A DNA stretch of 64,000 nucleotides from Bacillota bacterium (GCA_021797775.1 JAJZZC010000005.1:5719-69718); one strand, 5' to 3'; shown: positions 12,213 to 20,263, numbered from the stretch's first letter. Numbers and translations: made by a program. Notes: generated by a model not told the origin, from the sequence alone.

Positions 12213-13259
12213 TTGGACTTGGGACTGGTCGGCCTGCCCCTGGCGGGGAAGACCGCCGTGCTGGAGTTGCTGTCCGGTGGGGGTTCGGGGCGAGTCGCCG
12301 TCGCGCGTGTGCCAGACCCGCGCCTTGACGTACTGACGGAGATGTTTCACCCCAAGAAGCGGACGCCGGCGACGATCCGGCTCACCGAGTTGGCGGGCGT
12401 GCCCCCGGGGCGGCTGGAAAAGGGGGAGCGCAATGCCTTTTTTGAAGGCGTTCGCCGCGCGGACGCGTTGTTGCACGTGGTCCGCGCCTTCGCCGACCCT
12501 CTGGTGCCTCACCCGGCGGGCAGCGTGGATCCGCTGCGCGACGCGCGGGCAGTGGAGGAGGAACTGCTGCTGGCGGACCTGGAGCGGGTCGAAACGGTGG
12601 CGGCGCGTCTGGAAAAGAACCGAGCGCGTGGCCGCGAGGAGGACCTGCAACTGGAGGCCCTGCGCCTCTGCGCGCAGGGCCTCGGCGAGGCGCGCCCCGT
12701 GCGCGTTCTCGGCCTGCCGGCCGAGGCGGTACGCGCCTTGTCGGGGTTTGGCCTACTCACCGCCGGGCAGGAACTGCTCGCCCTCAACCTCGACGAGGAG
12801 CAACTCCGCGATGGGGTGGCGTTTCCGGGTCTATCCGCCTGGACCGACTCCCAGGCCGTCGCACTGATCCCGTTCAGCGCCAAAGTCGAAGCGGAGATCG
12901 CTGCCCTGCCGCCAGCGGAGCGCGCCGACTTCCTCGGCGCGTACGGCCTAAGCGAGCCCGGGGCGGACCGGCTGGCGCGGGCCGCCTACGCGACCCTCGG
13001 CCTCATCTCTTTCCTCACCGCCGGCGAGGACGAGGTGCGTGCATGGCCCATTGGGGCGGGCACCACCGCGCGCAAGGCGGCGGGCAGGATCCACTCGGAC
13101 ATCGAGCGTGGGTTCATCCGCGCGGAGGTGGCGGCGTTCGACGACCTGGCGCGGGTCGGCGACTGGAAGGCGTTGCGGGAGCATGGCCTGTTGCGCCTGG
13201 AGGGGCAGGACTACATCGTGCGCGACGGGGACATCGTCAATTTCCGCTTCCACGTATAG
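12213..13259 (+). CDS. ychF: Obg-like ATPase YchF (P-loop slightly divergent)
   Basis: GLVGLPLAGKT, and the C-terminal TGS-like block FLTAGEDEVRAWPIGAGTTARKAAGRIHSDIERGFIRAEV...DGDIVNFRF. TTG start. Confidence 0.85.
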   Translation: MDLGLVGLPLAGKTAVLELLSGGGSGRVAVARVPDPRLDVLTEMFHPKKRTPATIRLTELAGVPPGRLEKGERNAFFEGVRRADALLHVVRAFADPLVPHPAGSVDPLRDARAVEEELLLADLERVETVAARLEKNRARGREEDLQLEALRLCAQGLGEARPVRVLGLPAEAVRALSGFGLLTAGQELLALNLDEEQLRDGVAFPGLSAWTDSQAVALIPFSAKVEAEIAALPPAERADFLGAYGLSEPGADRLARAAYATLGLISFLTAGEDEVRAWPIGAGTTARKAAGRIHSDIERGFIRAEVAAFDDLARVGDWKALREHGLLRLEGQDYIVRDGDIVNFRFHV

Positions 13260-13415
13260 ACTGTCCTTCGCACTGGAAGGGACTGGTGACGGAAAGGGCT
13301 GTGAACAACTGAACACAACCATGGCAAGAGGCGGTTTGGCACGGTGAACGCATGTCAACGGCGCCAAGACGGCAGCGGCGCCTCCCAGGATCAGGAAGTG
13401 CGGAGGGTAGTAATT

Positions 13416-13565
13416 CCTGAATCTCGCAGTGTCAGGCGGACACCGCTGGCGCAGAAGGACCCCGCGACGCGAGCGCGTGAGGTCGTGGCGAGGGGCCGGC
13501 CCCTGGGCACCAAGGCGACCGGTCGTCCCTTTGCGAAGGTCGGGGTAATAGGGACGCCGCCCGTC
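13416..13565 (+). repeat. Copy A of a ~130-150 nt conserved non-coding element (second copy at 60644-60790)
   Basis: Shares blocks with copy B by eye: CCTGAAT.TCGCAGTGTCAGGCGG, CCCGCGACGCGAGCG.GTGAG, CCTGGGC.CCAAG and GTCCCTTTGCGAA. An indel breaks any common reading frame. Confidence 0.5.
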
Positions 13566-13751
13566 CTGCGCACCAACCCTTGGTGACCGGGCGGGGCGAT
13601 GGCTCGACCCTGGGCCGCCGACCACGGCGGCGGGTGCCCCTCCGGGTCACTCTGCGCCGAGGCTGGGCGCTCCGTCCGCTATAATCGCCTATGCGTGCGC
13701 CGCGCGTGGGCCCGCGGTCTTGGCGGCACGCATCGGGTGTGAGCCTGGCGC

Positions 13752-14522
13752 ATGGTCGAGTACCTGCTGTTTCCGGCTGCCCTGCTGCTGCTACTGGCGT
13801 TGCTGGCGGCGCAGTTCCTTATTGGCGGGTTCACGTACGGTCCGCGCACGCGCCACGCGCTCTGGCTTCTGGCGGCGCCGGCCGCCACCGGCTGCGCGGC
13901 GCTCGCGTTCGCGTTGCCTTGGCGGCCGCTGCCCCGCGTCCTGGTCGGGCTGGTGGCCGGCGCACTCCTTTACCTGGCGATGGCGCTGGTCGCCGTCCTC
14001 CGCAGCCGGGAGCGGAAGCTGGCTGCGGTGGTCGGGGATGTCGCCGCCCTGCGGCGCAAGGTGGTGGAGTGCCAGCGCGAGTCCGACCGCTTGTTCTGGC
14101 AATGGCAAGGAGGGGGCCGCGTCGTGGCGTTTCGGCCCGCCGCTGGGCGGACTGCGGACGTACCCGCCCTGCGCGATTGGCAGCGCGCCGGCGGCCCCCG
14201 CGAGGAGCGGCTACGCGCCACCCGGCTTAGCGAGTGGCGCGAGGAGTTCCGCCATACCGCGCCGGAGGATCTGGCGGCGAGGGCCCGGGTTCTGGAGGCG
14301 GCGCGCCTGGACGTGCCCGAGGGAGAGCGCACCTGGCTGGACGCCCGGTTGGCCGTGCTTTGGACTGTCTACCGGGAGCGCAGCACCGGTCAGCGGGAAG
14401 AGGCGGACGTGCGTCACCAGTGGGAGGGCGTCCGGCGCGAGACGGCCCGCTTGCAGGAGCAATTGGCTGACCTCCAGCGTCAGCGCGCCGCGTTGCGCCG
14501 GCAACGGCTGCCGTTGGACTGA
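13752..14522 (+). CDS. Hypothetical membrane protein with a long Arg/Glu-rich coiled-coil tail
   Basis: Three N-terminal hydrophobic helices, then a charged helical region (ARLQEQLADLQRQRAALRRQ). No family recognised. Confidence 0.55.
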   Translation: MVEYLLFPAALLLLLALLAAQFLIGGFTYGPRTRHALWLLAAPAATGCAALAFALPWRPLPRVLVGLVAGALLYLAMALVAVLRSRERKLAAVVGDVAALRRKVVECQRESDRLFWQWQGGGRVVAFRPAAGRTADVPALRDWQRAGGPREERLRATRLSEWREEFRHTAPEDLAARARVLEAARLDVPEGERTWLDARLAVLWTVYRERSTGQREEADVRHQWEGVRRETARLQEQLADLQRQRAALRRQRLPLD

Positions 14523-14846
14523 CCGGCCGCGGGCCAGGGCTGCCTCCTCCCAGGCCCGCGACGCTCTGGACGCCCACCGCCCAGGCCGTGGCGGGATGCC
14601 CCCCCCCACCGACAGGGCCGCGTTCGCCCGTCCACCGGCTGGGGTGGGGCGACGCGCCCATCGCCGGGGGGATGGGCCAGCCCGCCCACCGCCCGGGGTC
14701 ATGCCCACGCGGTCGGGCGCGCTGGGCCACCGCCTTGCCCACGGCCGGGGCTAATGTCACATCCCCACCGCCCCAGAACCTATAGCCAGGCGGACCCGCG
14801 CACAGAGTCCGTGCGTGGCCCGGGGGTCGCCGAGATGGCCGCCGCT

Positions 14847-15065
14847 TCAGCGGCGGCCGTTCGGCCAGAGGGACTGCCCGGGATGCGTACCACGCTCGGC
14901 GAGGAGGCGCTCCGCGTGCTCTACGGCCACGCGCACGACCATTCCGCATTGACGGCTCGGCACGGCCCCCCATCCCTCGCGGGCGACGATGTCCGCCACA
15001 CCCAGGTCCCGGGCGATGGCGTCCATCGAGGCGGGGGACAGGAGCGAGGAACGATGCGCCGCCAT
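14847..15065 (-). CDS. Small hypothetical protein, possibly an excisionase-type HTH
   Basis: ATG at 15065 is preceded by GGGAGGGG. The segment SMDAIARDLGVADIVAREGWGAVPSRQCGMVVRV loosely fits an HTH_17/Xis pattern. Weak call. Confidence 0.3.
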   Translation of the reverse strand: MAAHRSSLLSPASMDAIARDLGVADIVAREGWGAVPSRQCGMVVRVAVEHAERLLAERGTHPGQSLWPNGRR

Positions 15066-15347
15066 GGCGACCCCTCCCGGCACGCTAGTCTACCCATCCC
15101 TCTGCGCGGCTATCTCTCGCGCGATGGCGCGCACGGGGTCGGGGCGAAGCCGTCCAAAGTTCGCGGGCTGTCCCTTTGCATCGGGCCCGGCGCGGTCGGC
15201 CGCCGGCTGGGGGCGGCGCGCACGGTCCCTACGGTACCTGCGAACCAGGGGGCGGGGGTGGGCCGCAGGGCACACGGTGCTCAGAGCCCCAAGGTCCCTG
15301 GCGCGGTTTTGACTCCTTGCCGGGAGGCTGGCTATACTGACCCCTAA

Positions 15348-15422
15348 GGGCGAATAGCTCAGCGGTAGAGCACCTGCTTTACACGCAGGGGGTCGGCGGT
15401 TCGAAACCGTCTTCGCCCACCA
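15348..15422 (+). tRNA. tRNA-Val (anticodon TAC), CCA encoded
   Basis: Cloverleaf read by eye: acceptor GGGCGAA/TTCGCCC, D arm GCTCAGCGGTAGAGC, anticodon loop TTTACAC, T arm GGCGGTTCGAAACCGTC. Confidence 0.9.
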
Positions 15423-15497
15423 GGGAAATCGCAGAACCACAAGTGGCTGCGGCAAGGCCCCAGGAATCACCCTGGGGGCCTCGCGTCGGCATGATCG

Positions 15498-15880
15498 TTG
15501 GCCATCGAGCGGGAGGTAGGGGAGCGGTGGACCGAGAGCGACCGGGGCTTCGCAACTCGCGAGGGCCGGCCTCTGGGTCTGCCGAAAGGTGGTCGGGGAC
15601 TGGCGCACCCTGTTGAAGCGCGTAGGGGGCGCCCGACGTGGCCTGCATGCGGAACGGCGCAGAGCCGCGAGCCGTGCTCTCCAGGACGGGGGGGCGCCCG
15701 CTGAGGTGAGGGATCTGGCAGGGCACGCCAACGTCGCCGTCACCACGGGATCTACGCCCACCTTCTGGGCGCGGAGCGGGCTGCAGCGGCCCGGAAGGAG
15801 GCCGCTGGCCTGGCCGCCGAACCCTCGCCGGATGCGGGAGCGCCCGCCCTTCGGCCCGCGATGGCCGATGGCAGGTGCAG
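15498..15880 (+). pseudogene. Tyrosine recombinase (phage integrase) C-terminal remnant, multiply frameshifted
   Basis: Across three frames: GERWTESDRGFATREGRPL / VVGDWRTLLKRVG / LHAERRRAASRALQDGGAPAEVRDLAGHANVAVTT / IYAHLL. These parallel the intact integrase at 27236 (RWRDHGLVFPTSRGTP ... HCLRHTYAS ... LGHAGPGFTKRVYAKY). The N-terminal half is missing. Confidence 0.6.
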
Positions 15881-16002
15881 GTAACATCTTGCGGCTTTCG
15901 TGCGCGTGGGGTATCCTGTTGCCGGACGCCCTAGCGGTCGTGGGTGTCGGTGTGTTCGGACATGGTCCCTCTGTCGGCGGTGGGCCGTTTCGATGTGGGT
16001 GT

Positions 16003-16078
16003 GGCGCGGTAGCTCAGTCGGTAGAGCAGGGGACTGAAAATCCCCGTGTCGGCGGTTCGATTCCGCCCTGCGCCACCA
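16003..16078 (+). tRNA. tRNA-Phe (anticodon GAA), CCA encoded
   Basis: Acceptor GGCGCGG/CTGCGCC, D arm GCTCAGTCGGTAGAGC, anticodon loop CTGAAAA, T arm GGCGGTTCGATTCCGCC. Confidence 0.9.
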
Positions 16079-16116
16079 CACTCCCGTGGCCATTGTCGAC
16101 GCGGGACGCATTGCTC

Positions 16117-16191
16117 GGCGACGTAGCCAAGTGGTAAGGCAAGGGTCTGCAAAACCCTTATGCGGCGGTTCGAATCCGCCCGTCGCCTCCA
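16117..16191 (+). tRNA. tRNA-Cys (anticodon GCA), CCA encoded; integration target
   Basis: Acceptor GGCGACG/CGTCGCC, anticodon loop CTGCAAA, T arm GGCGGTTCGAATCCGCC. Its 3' 49 nt are duplicated at 28536-28587. Confidence 0.9.
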
Positions 16192-16194
16192 GAG
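16143..16194. repeat. att-type direct repeat, left copy (inside intact tRNA-Cys)
   Basis: The 52 bp GGGTCTGCAAAACCCTTATGCGGCGGTTCGAATCCGCCCGTCGCCTCCAGAG is identical to 28536-28587 (checked base by base). Confidence 0.9.
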
Positions 16195-16206
16195 AGACAA
16201 GAGAAG

Positions 16207-16245
16207 CCCCTTGGGCGAGAAGGCCCAGGGGGTTTCTTCCTTTCT
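16207..16245 (+). terminator. Rho-independent terminator after tRNA-Cys (element-borne side)
   Basis: Stem CCCCTTGGGC / GCCCAGGGG (one bulge), loop GAGAAG, followed by TTTCTTCCTTTCT. Confidence 0.6.
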
Positions 16246-16386
16246 GTCCCAGTCTGCCGGAGTCGGCTGTTTTCGGGCTGATTCTGGCAGGGTTGGGCTA
16301 CAATCCGGCTACATCGGCGGCTACCGGGCGAGGGCGGCGGGAGCGCACGGCCGTTGGCGTGGCGGGCGGTGGGCGAGGGCGGCCGG

Positions 16387-17490
16387 CTACGTGGCGCGCT
16401 TCCGCCCCGGGCGCCCTGGGGTGTACGTGGCGGCCCAGGCGGCGAAGTCGGGCGTCTCCCGGCCGGCCGTGGCATCCCGGAGGCGCTGTCTCTCGTAGGC
16501 GGCGCGCTTGCGGTCGTCGCCTGCGGCGGTGCCAACGGCGGGCGCGTGCTCCCAACAGTACCCCTGCCGCTTGTCAACCGCGATGAAGGCGCGGCGGCAC
16601 GCACCGCAGAAGCCGAGGCGCGCACCTAGCCTCATGGCTTCCAGGAGGTCCAGCCAGCACGCCGCGTAAATGCTGTCTGTAGCGAAGAACTCGCCAGCGG
16701 TCCAGAACCCCGCGAGAGTGGACGGGCGCCCGCTGTCCGCATTCCGCAGGCGCCGCGCGCGGGTGGCCGGCGGAAAGTCGCCACGGCCGGCGAGTGCAGG
16801 CCTGTACCTAACCTGGTCCATCTGGACCCTCATGCACCACGGGTCGAAAAGCATCGCCCGACGGTCCACCGGCTGCATGGCCGCGAAGTTGCCCCTGGTC
16901 ATCCCCGCGTCGCGCACATTATCCAATGCAATGTTGACCAGGCCCTGCGCATAGGGCGGGTCGCCCATGCCCACGTGGAACGGGTCGGGCGCGAGGCACA
17001 GCCATGCCATCGCGGCTAAGTCCAGGAGAGTGACTGCCATCGCGGGCCTAGTGGGGCCCGGCGCACCGGGGGCGGCGCCGAAGTCCCGCCGAAAGGCGTG
17101 CGCGTAGAGGTCGGCGGCGCTGCTGCCGGCGCCGAGCGAGGCCATGGACTCCCGAACCTCGGCTTCGGTCGGTCCGTTGGAATCGTCGTCGGGTTCGAAG
17201 AGCGCGGCCGGCGGCGGGAACGGCGCGCCCCAGGCGCGGTGCCAGGCGGTCACCGCGGCGGGCGCGGGGTCGGCAAGGGCGTCCAGCAGGCCGTCGAGCA
17301 GGGCCGCGTGCGGCTCTTCGCGCTCCGTGTCGAGGTCCGCCACCACATACGACGCCCCGCGCCGTATGTCCCATCTGTAGAGAGACGGTGCGGCGCCGCG
17401 CCACACGATGAGGAAGCAACCATCCCCTACCCGCATCCAGGCGTAGCGACCGAACATGGTCCACCCCAATTGTCCACCCTGGAAGAACAT
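16387..17490 (-). CDS. Orphan island cargo protein (368 aa) with C-terminal Cys/His cluster
   Basis: The first in-frame start not overlapping the Xis/XRE genes is ATG 17490 (MFFQGGQLGW...). The C-terminus has CGACRRAFIAVDKRQGYCWEH. No family recognised. Opposite strand to the rest of the island and adjacent to the left att repeat. Confidence 0.55.
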   Translation of the reverse strand: MFFQGGQLGWTMFGRYAWMRVGDGCFLIVWRGAAPSLYRWDIRRGASYVVADLDTEREEPHAALLDGLLDALADPAPAAVTAWHRAWGAPFPPPAALFEPDDDSNGPTEAEVRESMASLGAGSSAADLYAHAFRRDFGAAPGAPGPTRPAMAVTLLDLAAMAWLCLAPDPFHVGMGDPPYAQGLVNIALDNVRDAGMTRGNFAAMQPVDRRAMLFDPWCMRVQMDQVRYRPALAGRGDFPPATRARRLRNADSGRPSTLAGFWTAGEFFATDSIYAACWLDLLEAMRLGARLGFCGACRRAFIAVDKRQGYCWEHAPAVGTAAGDDRKRAAYERQRLRDATAGRETPDFAAWAATYTPGRPGRKRAT

Positions 17491-17531
17491 GGGCCGCGAC
17501 CGACGCCATGAGCACCAAGGGCCGGCGCCGG

Positions 17532-17566
17532 CATTGTCCGTCTTTTTGCCGTGAGCCCGGACAATG
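17532..17566. promoter_or_regulatory. Perfect 9-bp inverted repeat in the divergent control region (operator or 5'-UTR hairpin)
   Basis: CATTGTCCG-17 nt-CGGACAATG lies between the start of the 16387-17490 gene and the Xis-like gene, in the only locally AT-richer stretch (GATAGCACGTTTTCTATTCT). Confidence 0.4.
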
Positions 17567-17630
17567 ATAGCACGTTTTCTATTCTGGACGCACGGCGCCG
17601 ATGCGACGCGCCGCAGGGAGGGGGCGCCCG

Positions 17631-17822
17631 ATGGATGACGACGCGTTGCTGACCAGGACCGAAGCCCTGCGCTTGCTGCGGGTTGGCAAAGATTGGCTCT
17701 ACACAGACGAGGGCAAGACCCTGCCCATGGTTCGCGTGGGCCGCCGGCTGCTGATCCGCCGTGGCGCGCTGACCGCCTGGGTTCGTGCCCACGAGGCGCC
17801 GAGGGCGGGGCGGGCGGGTTGA
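17631..17822 (+). CDS. Excisionase/AlpA-type helix-turn-helix DNA-binding protein
   Basis: MDDDALLTRTEALRLLRVGKDWLYT...LPMVRVGRRLLIRRGALTAWV fits the HTH_17 (Xis/MerR-like) pattern. Confidence 0.65.
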   Translation: MDDDALLTRTEALRLLRVGKDWLYTDEGKTLPMVRVGRRLLIRRGALTAWVRAHEAPRAGRAG

Positions 17823-17887
17823 CACAAAACGAAGGCCGCCCCCAGGCGGCCCCCGCGAACGCTGCTGCTGGCCACGATTCTACCACG

Positions 17888-18124
17888 CTAGCCGGGCTTT
17901 GGGGGTCCGTCGTCGAGGAGAAGATGCTCCATCGCGACCCCGAGGGCCGCAGCCAGTGCGGCAACGGTCGATACGTTGGGGTCGCGGCGGCGTCCTTCCT
18001 CAATGCCCCACACGGCCGTTTGGCTGATGCCGGCGCGCTTCGCGAGGGCGTTCTGGCTAAGCCCGCGCGCTTCGCGGAGGCGGCGCACGTTGCGGGCGAG
18101 GACCCCAGGGCCGTCCGCGTCCAC
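17888..18124 (-). CDS. XRE-family (Cro/CI-type) HTH transcriptional regulator
   Basis: LARNVRRLREARGLSQNALAKRAGISQTAVWGIEEGRRRDPNVSTVAALAAALGV is a canonical HTH_3 domain. Divergent from the replication genes. Confidence 0.85.
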   Translation of the reverse strand: MDADGPGVLARNVRRLREARGLSQNALAKRAGISQTAVWGIEEGRRRDPNVSTVAALAAALGVAMEHLLLDDGPPKPG

Positions 18125-18138
18125 GGCGCCACCCCCGC

Positions 18139-18167
18139 TTGCTATCCTACGCCAAACGCAGTAGCAT
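18139..18167 (+). promoter_or_regulatory. Candidate sigma-70-like promoter for the island replication operon
   Basis: TTGCTA-17 nt-TAGCAT in the 80-bp XRE/DUF3987 divergent spacer, about 38 nt upstream of ATG 18205 (RBS AAGGGGGG). Confidence 0.35.
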
Positions 18168-18204
18168 CGCTACATACGGCGTTCGCCGTAAGGGGGGCGG
18201 TGCG

Positions 18205-19563
18205 ATGAGCCAGCTAAGAGACCGCATGGCCGGCGACGACTTGGCGGCCCGCCGCGCCGCCCGTGCCGAGGAGACCGGGGGCGCCGAGGAGGTCGCGGCC
18301 GAGGTTTGGCCCGACGCGGTAGACGGCGCCGCCTACCATGGTGTCATCGGCGACCTGGTACGGTGCGTGGCCCCGCACACCGAGGCTGACGCGCACGCCC
18401 TGCTGGTGCAGGCCCTGGTGGCTGCTGGGTCTGCCGTTGGCCGCGCGGCGCACGTCATGGCCGACGGCGCGCGTCACGGCTGCAATCTCTACGCCGGGAT
18501 CGTGGGCACCACGTCCAAGGGGCGCAAAGGCACATCGTGGGCGCGCGTCCGGGCGCCGCTGTGCGCGGCGGACGAATCGTGGGGCGAGCGCATCTCCTCC
18601 GGGCTGTCGAGCGGCGAGGGGCTGATTTGGGCCGTCCGTGACAAGATTGTTAAGCAAGAACCAGTGAAACAAAACGGCCGCGTGGTCGGGTATGACACCG
18701 TAGAGGTGGACCCAGGCATTCCGGACAAGCGCCTGCTGGTGGTCGAATCTGAGCTATCTGGTACGTTGCGTACCATGGCGCGCGACGGAAACTCCCTGTC
18801 GTCCATCATTCGCGATGCCTTCGACCATGGCGACCTGCGGACCCTGACCAAGAACTCCCCCGCCGTGGCGACCGGGGCGCATATCTCCATCATCGGGCAC
18901 ACGACGAAGGACGAACTCCTGCACTACCTGGGCGATACGGAGGCCGCGAATGGCTTCGCGAATCGCTTCCTGTGGGTCTGCGCCAGGCGGTCCAAGGTCC
19001 TGCCGTACGGCGGAAACATATCGGCAGAGGACTTCGCGCCCATCGTCGCGCGGCTGACGCAGGCCCTGCATTATGCCCGCGACGTAGGGGAGATCACACA
19101 CGCCCCGGAGACGCAGGCCCTATGGCGCGCCGTCTATCCCAATCTCAGCGACGGCCGCCCTGGGTTGCTGGGATGCGTTACGAATCGCGCGGAGGCCCTG
19201 GTGCTCAGGCTGTCTGCTATCTATGCCGTGTTGGACTGTACGGACATCGTGAGCCCAGAACATTTGCGCGCGGCGCTGGCTGTTTGGGATTATTGCATGG
19301 CATCGGCACGGTTCGTCTTCGGCGAAACCCTGGGCGACCCGGTGGCGGATGAACTGTTCCGCGCGCTGGAGGCGGCGGGGGAGAAGGGCATGACGCGCAC
19401 CGAGGCGCGGGAGCTATTCCAGCGCAACCAACCAAGCGCCCGCATCGCGGCCGCCCTGGGCGCCCTGTCGGCGGTGGGCAAGGCCGCGTGCCGCATGGAG
19501 CCGCCTTCCAGCGGCAGGGGGCGCAATACGGAGCGGTGGTTCGCTACGCGTTTTACGCGGTAA
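18205..19563 (+). CDS. DUF3987 (YfjI-like) island/phage replication-associated protein
   Basis: HGCNLYAGIVGTTSKGRKGTSW and LLVVESELSGTLRTMARDGNSLSSIIRDAFDHGDL match my recollection of DUF3987 conserved blocks. Sits beside the primase/helicase genes. Confidence 0.65.
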   Translation: MSQLRDRMAGDDLAARRAARAEETGGAEEVAAEVWPDAVDGAAYHGVIGDLVRCVAPHTEADAHALLVQALVAAGSAVGRAAHVMADGARHGCNLYAGIVGTTSKGRKGTSWARVRAPLCAADESWGERISSGLSSGEGLIWAVRDKIVKQEPVKQNGRVVGYDTVEVDPGIPDKRLLVVESELSGTLRTMARDGNSLSSIIRDAFDHGDLRTLTKNSPAVATGAHISIIGHTTKDELLHYLGDTEAANGFANRFLWVCARRSKVLPYGGNISAEDFAPIVARLTQALHYARDVGEITHAPETQALWRAVYPNLSDGRPGLLGCVTNRAEALVLRLSAIYAVLDCTDIVSPEHLRAALAVWDYCMASARFVFGETLGDPVADELFRALEAAGEKGMTRTEARELFQRNQPSARIAAALGALSAVGKAACRMEPPSSGRGRNTERWFATRFTR

Positions 19564-19734
19564 ACGCGGTTGGTTCTGTCCCAAGGCGTTGCGGGCGCGG
19601 AGGGGGTACGCGGTTTGTACGCGGTTTCTGGACCCGGACCCTCGCGCGGGCGAACCGCGTAGAAACCGCGTAGGCGCCGCGCGACGGGAACTCGTAGAGC
19701 CCCAAGGAACCGCGTAAAGGGCGTCAACCGCGTA
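19554..19734. repeat. Iteron array: 4 direct TACGCGGTT-type repeats facing 4 inverted AACCGCGTA repeats (putative island ori)
   Basis: Forward copies at 19554, 19563, 19607 and 19618; inverted copies at 19653, 19663, 19708 and 19726. Symmetric about ~19640. Lies between the DUF3987 gene and the primase module. Confidence 0.7.
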
Positions 19735-19767
19735 ACCGAGACGGGCGCGCAGAGGGGGTCGGACGAC

Positions 19768-20004
19768 GTGACTTTCCTTGAAATGGCAGACAGGGCCCTT
19801 GAGAAGGCGGGCGCCGAGGCCGTGGCCGCCGCGATTGTGGAGGCCGTCAACGCCGGCCGCGACACGTCCGAGGCCGCGGCCCCGCTGGCGACCATGAGTC
19901 GCGAGGGGCGGCTGCGGGTGTTCCGCCTGCTGCAGGAGGCCATGCCCGAGCGGACGGGGCGCGCGCGCGTCTCCCCTACGGGGGGCGTTGCCCGTGCGCG
20001 CTGA
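19768..20004 (+). CDS. Small hypothetical island protein
   Basis: ORF on the island strand directly after the iterons. No family recognised and the start is uncertain. Confidence 0.35.
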   Translation: MTFLEMADRALEKAGAEAVAAAIVEAVNAGRDTSEAAAPLATMSREGRLRVFRLLQEAMPERTGRARVSPTGGVARAR

Positions 20005-20263
20005 CGTGGCTGCCTGGCTAGACGCGCGCTGCGTCCGGTCGCCCCGCGCGTGGGGAGAGGCCGACCGGCTGCACACGGACTTCACTGCCTGCGGCGGCCG
20101 GCTGGAGCGCGAAGCCATGCTGGCCGAACTGACCACACATGGTCGCGCATGGCTCGGGCCGGCCGGCCTGGTGTGCGGCGTGGGGCTGCTGCAGGACTGG
20201 CCGGCCGAGGTCGATGCGGCCCGCCAGGCCCGGGGCACGGGGCGTGGTCACCGTGGCGGGTAG
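19988..20263 (+). CDS. Small hypothetical island protein
   Basis: VAAWLDARCVRSPRAWGEADRLHTDFTACGG... resembles short regions seen near phage/plasmid primases. Overlaps its neighbours by a few codons. Confidence 0.4.
   Translation: MPVRADVAAWLDARCVRSPRAWGEADRLHTDFTACGGRLEREAMLAELTTHGRAWLGPAGLVCGVGLLQDWPAEVDAARQARGTGRGHRGG

Noticed and set aside
13416-13565. Known riboswitch classes for the duplicated element (FMN, cobalamin, TPP, ydaO/c-di-AMP, GEMM, ZTP, guanidine, Moco)
   Set aside because: Only short, partial resemblances (for example AATTCC...GCAGTG to the FMN/cobalamin cores). The defining boxes (B12 box, CUGAGA, ACCCGAA...CUAACC and so on) are absent, and copy B is not in a 5'-leader position. 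This needs a covariance-model search to settle.
16387-18132. Full 581-aa version of the minus-strand ORF
   Set aside because: The upstream ~213 codons overlap the Xis-like gene and the XRE gene (the latter on the same strand in another frame) and are low-complexity. Only the part from ATG 17490 looks protein-like.
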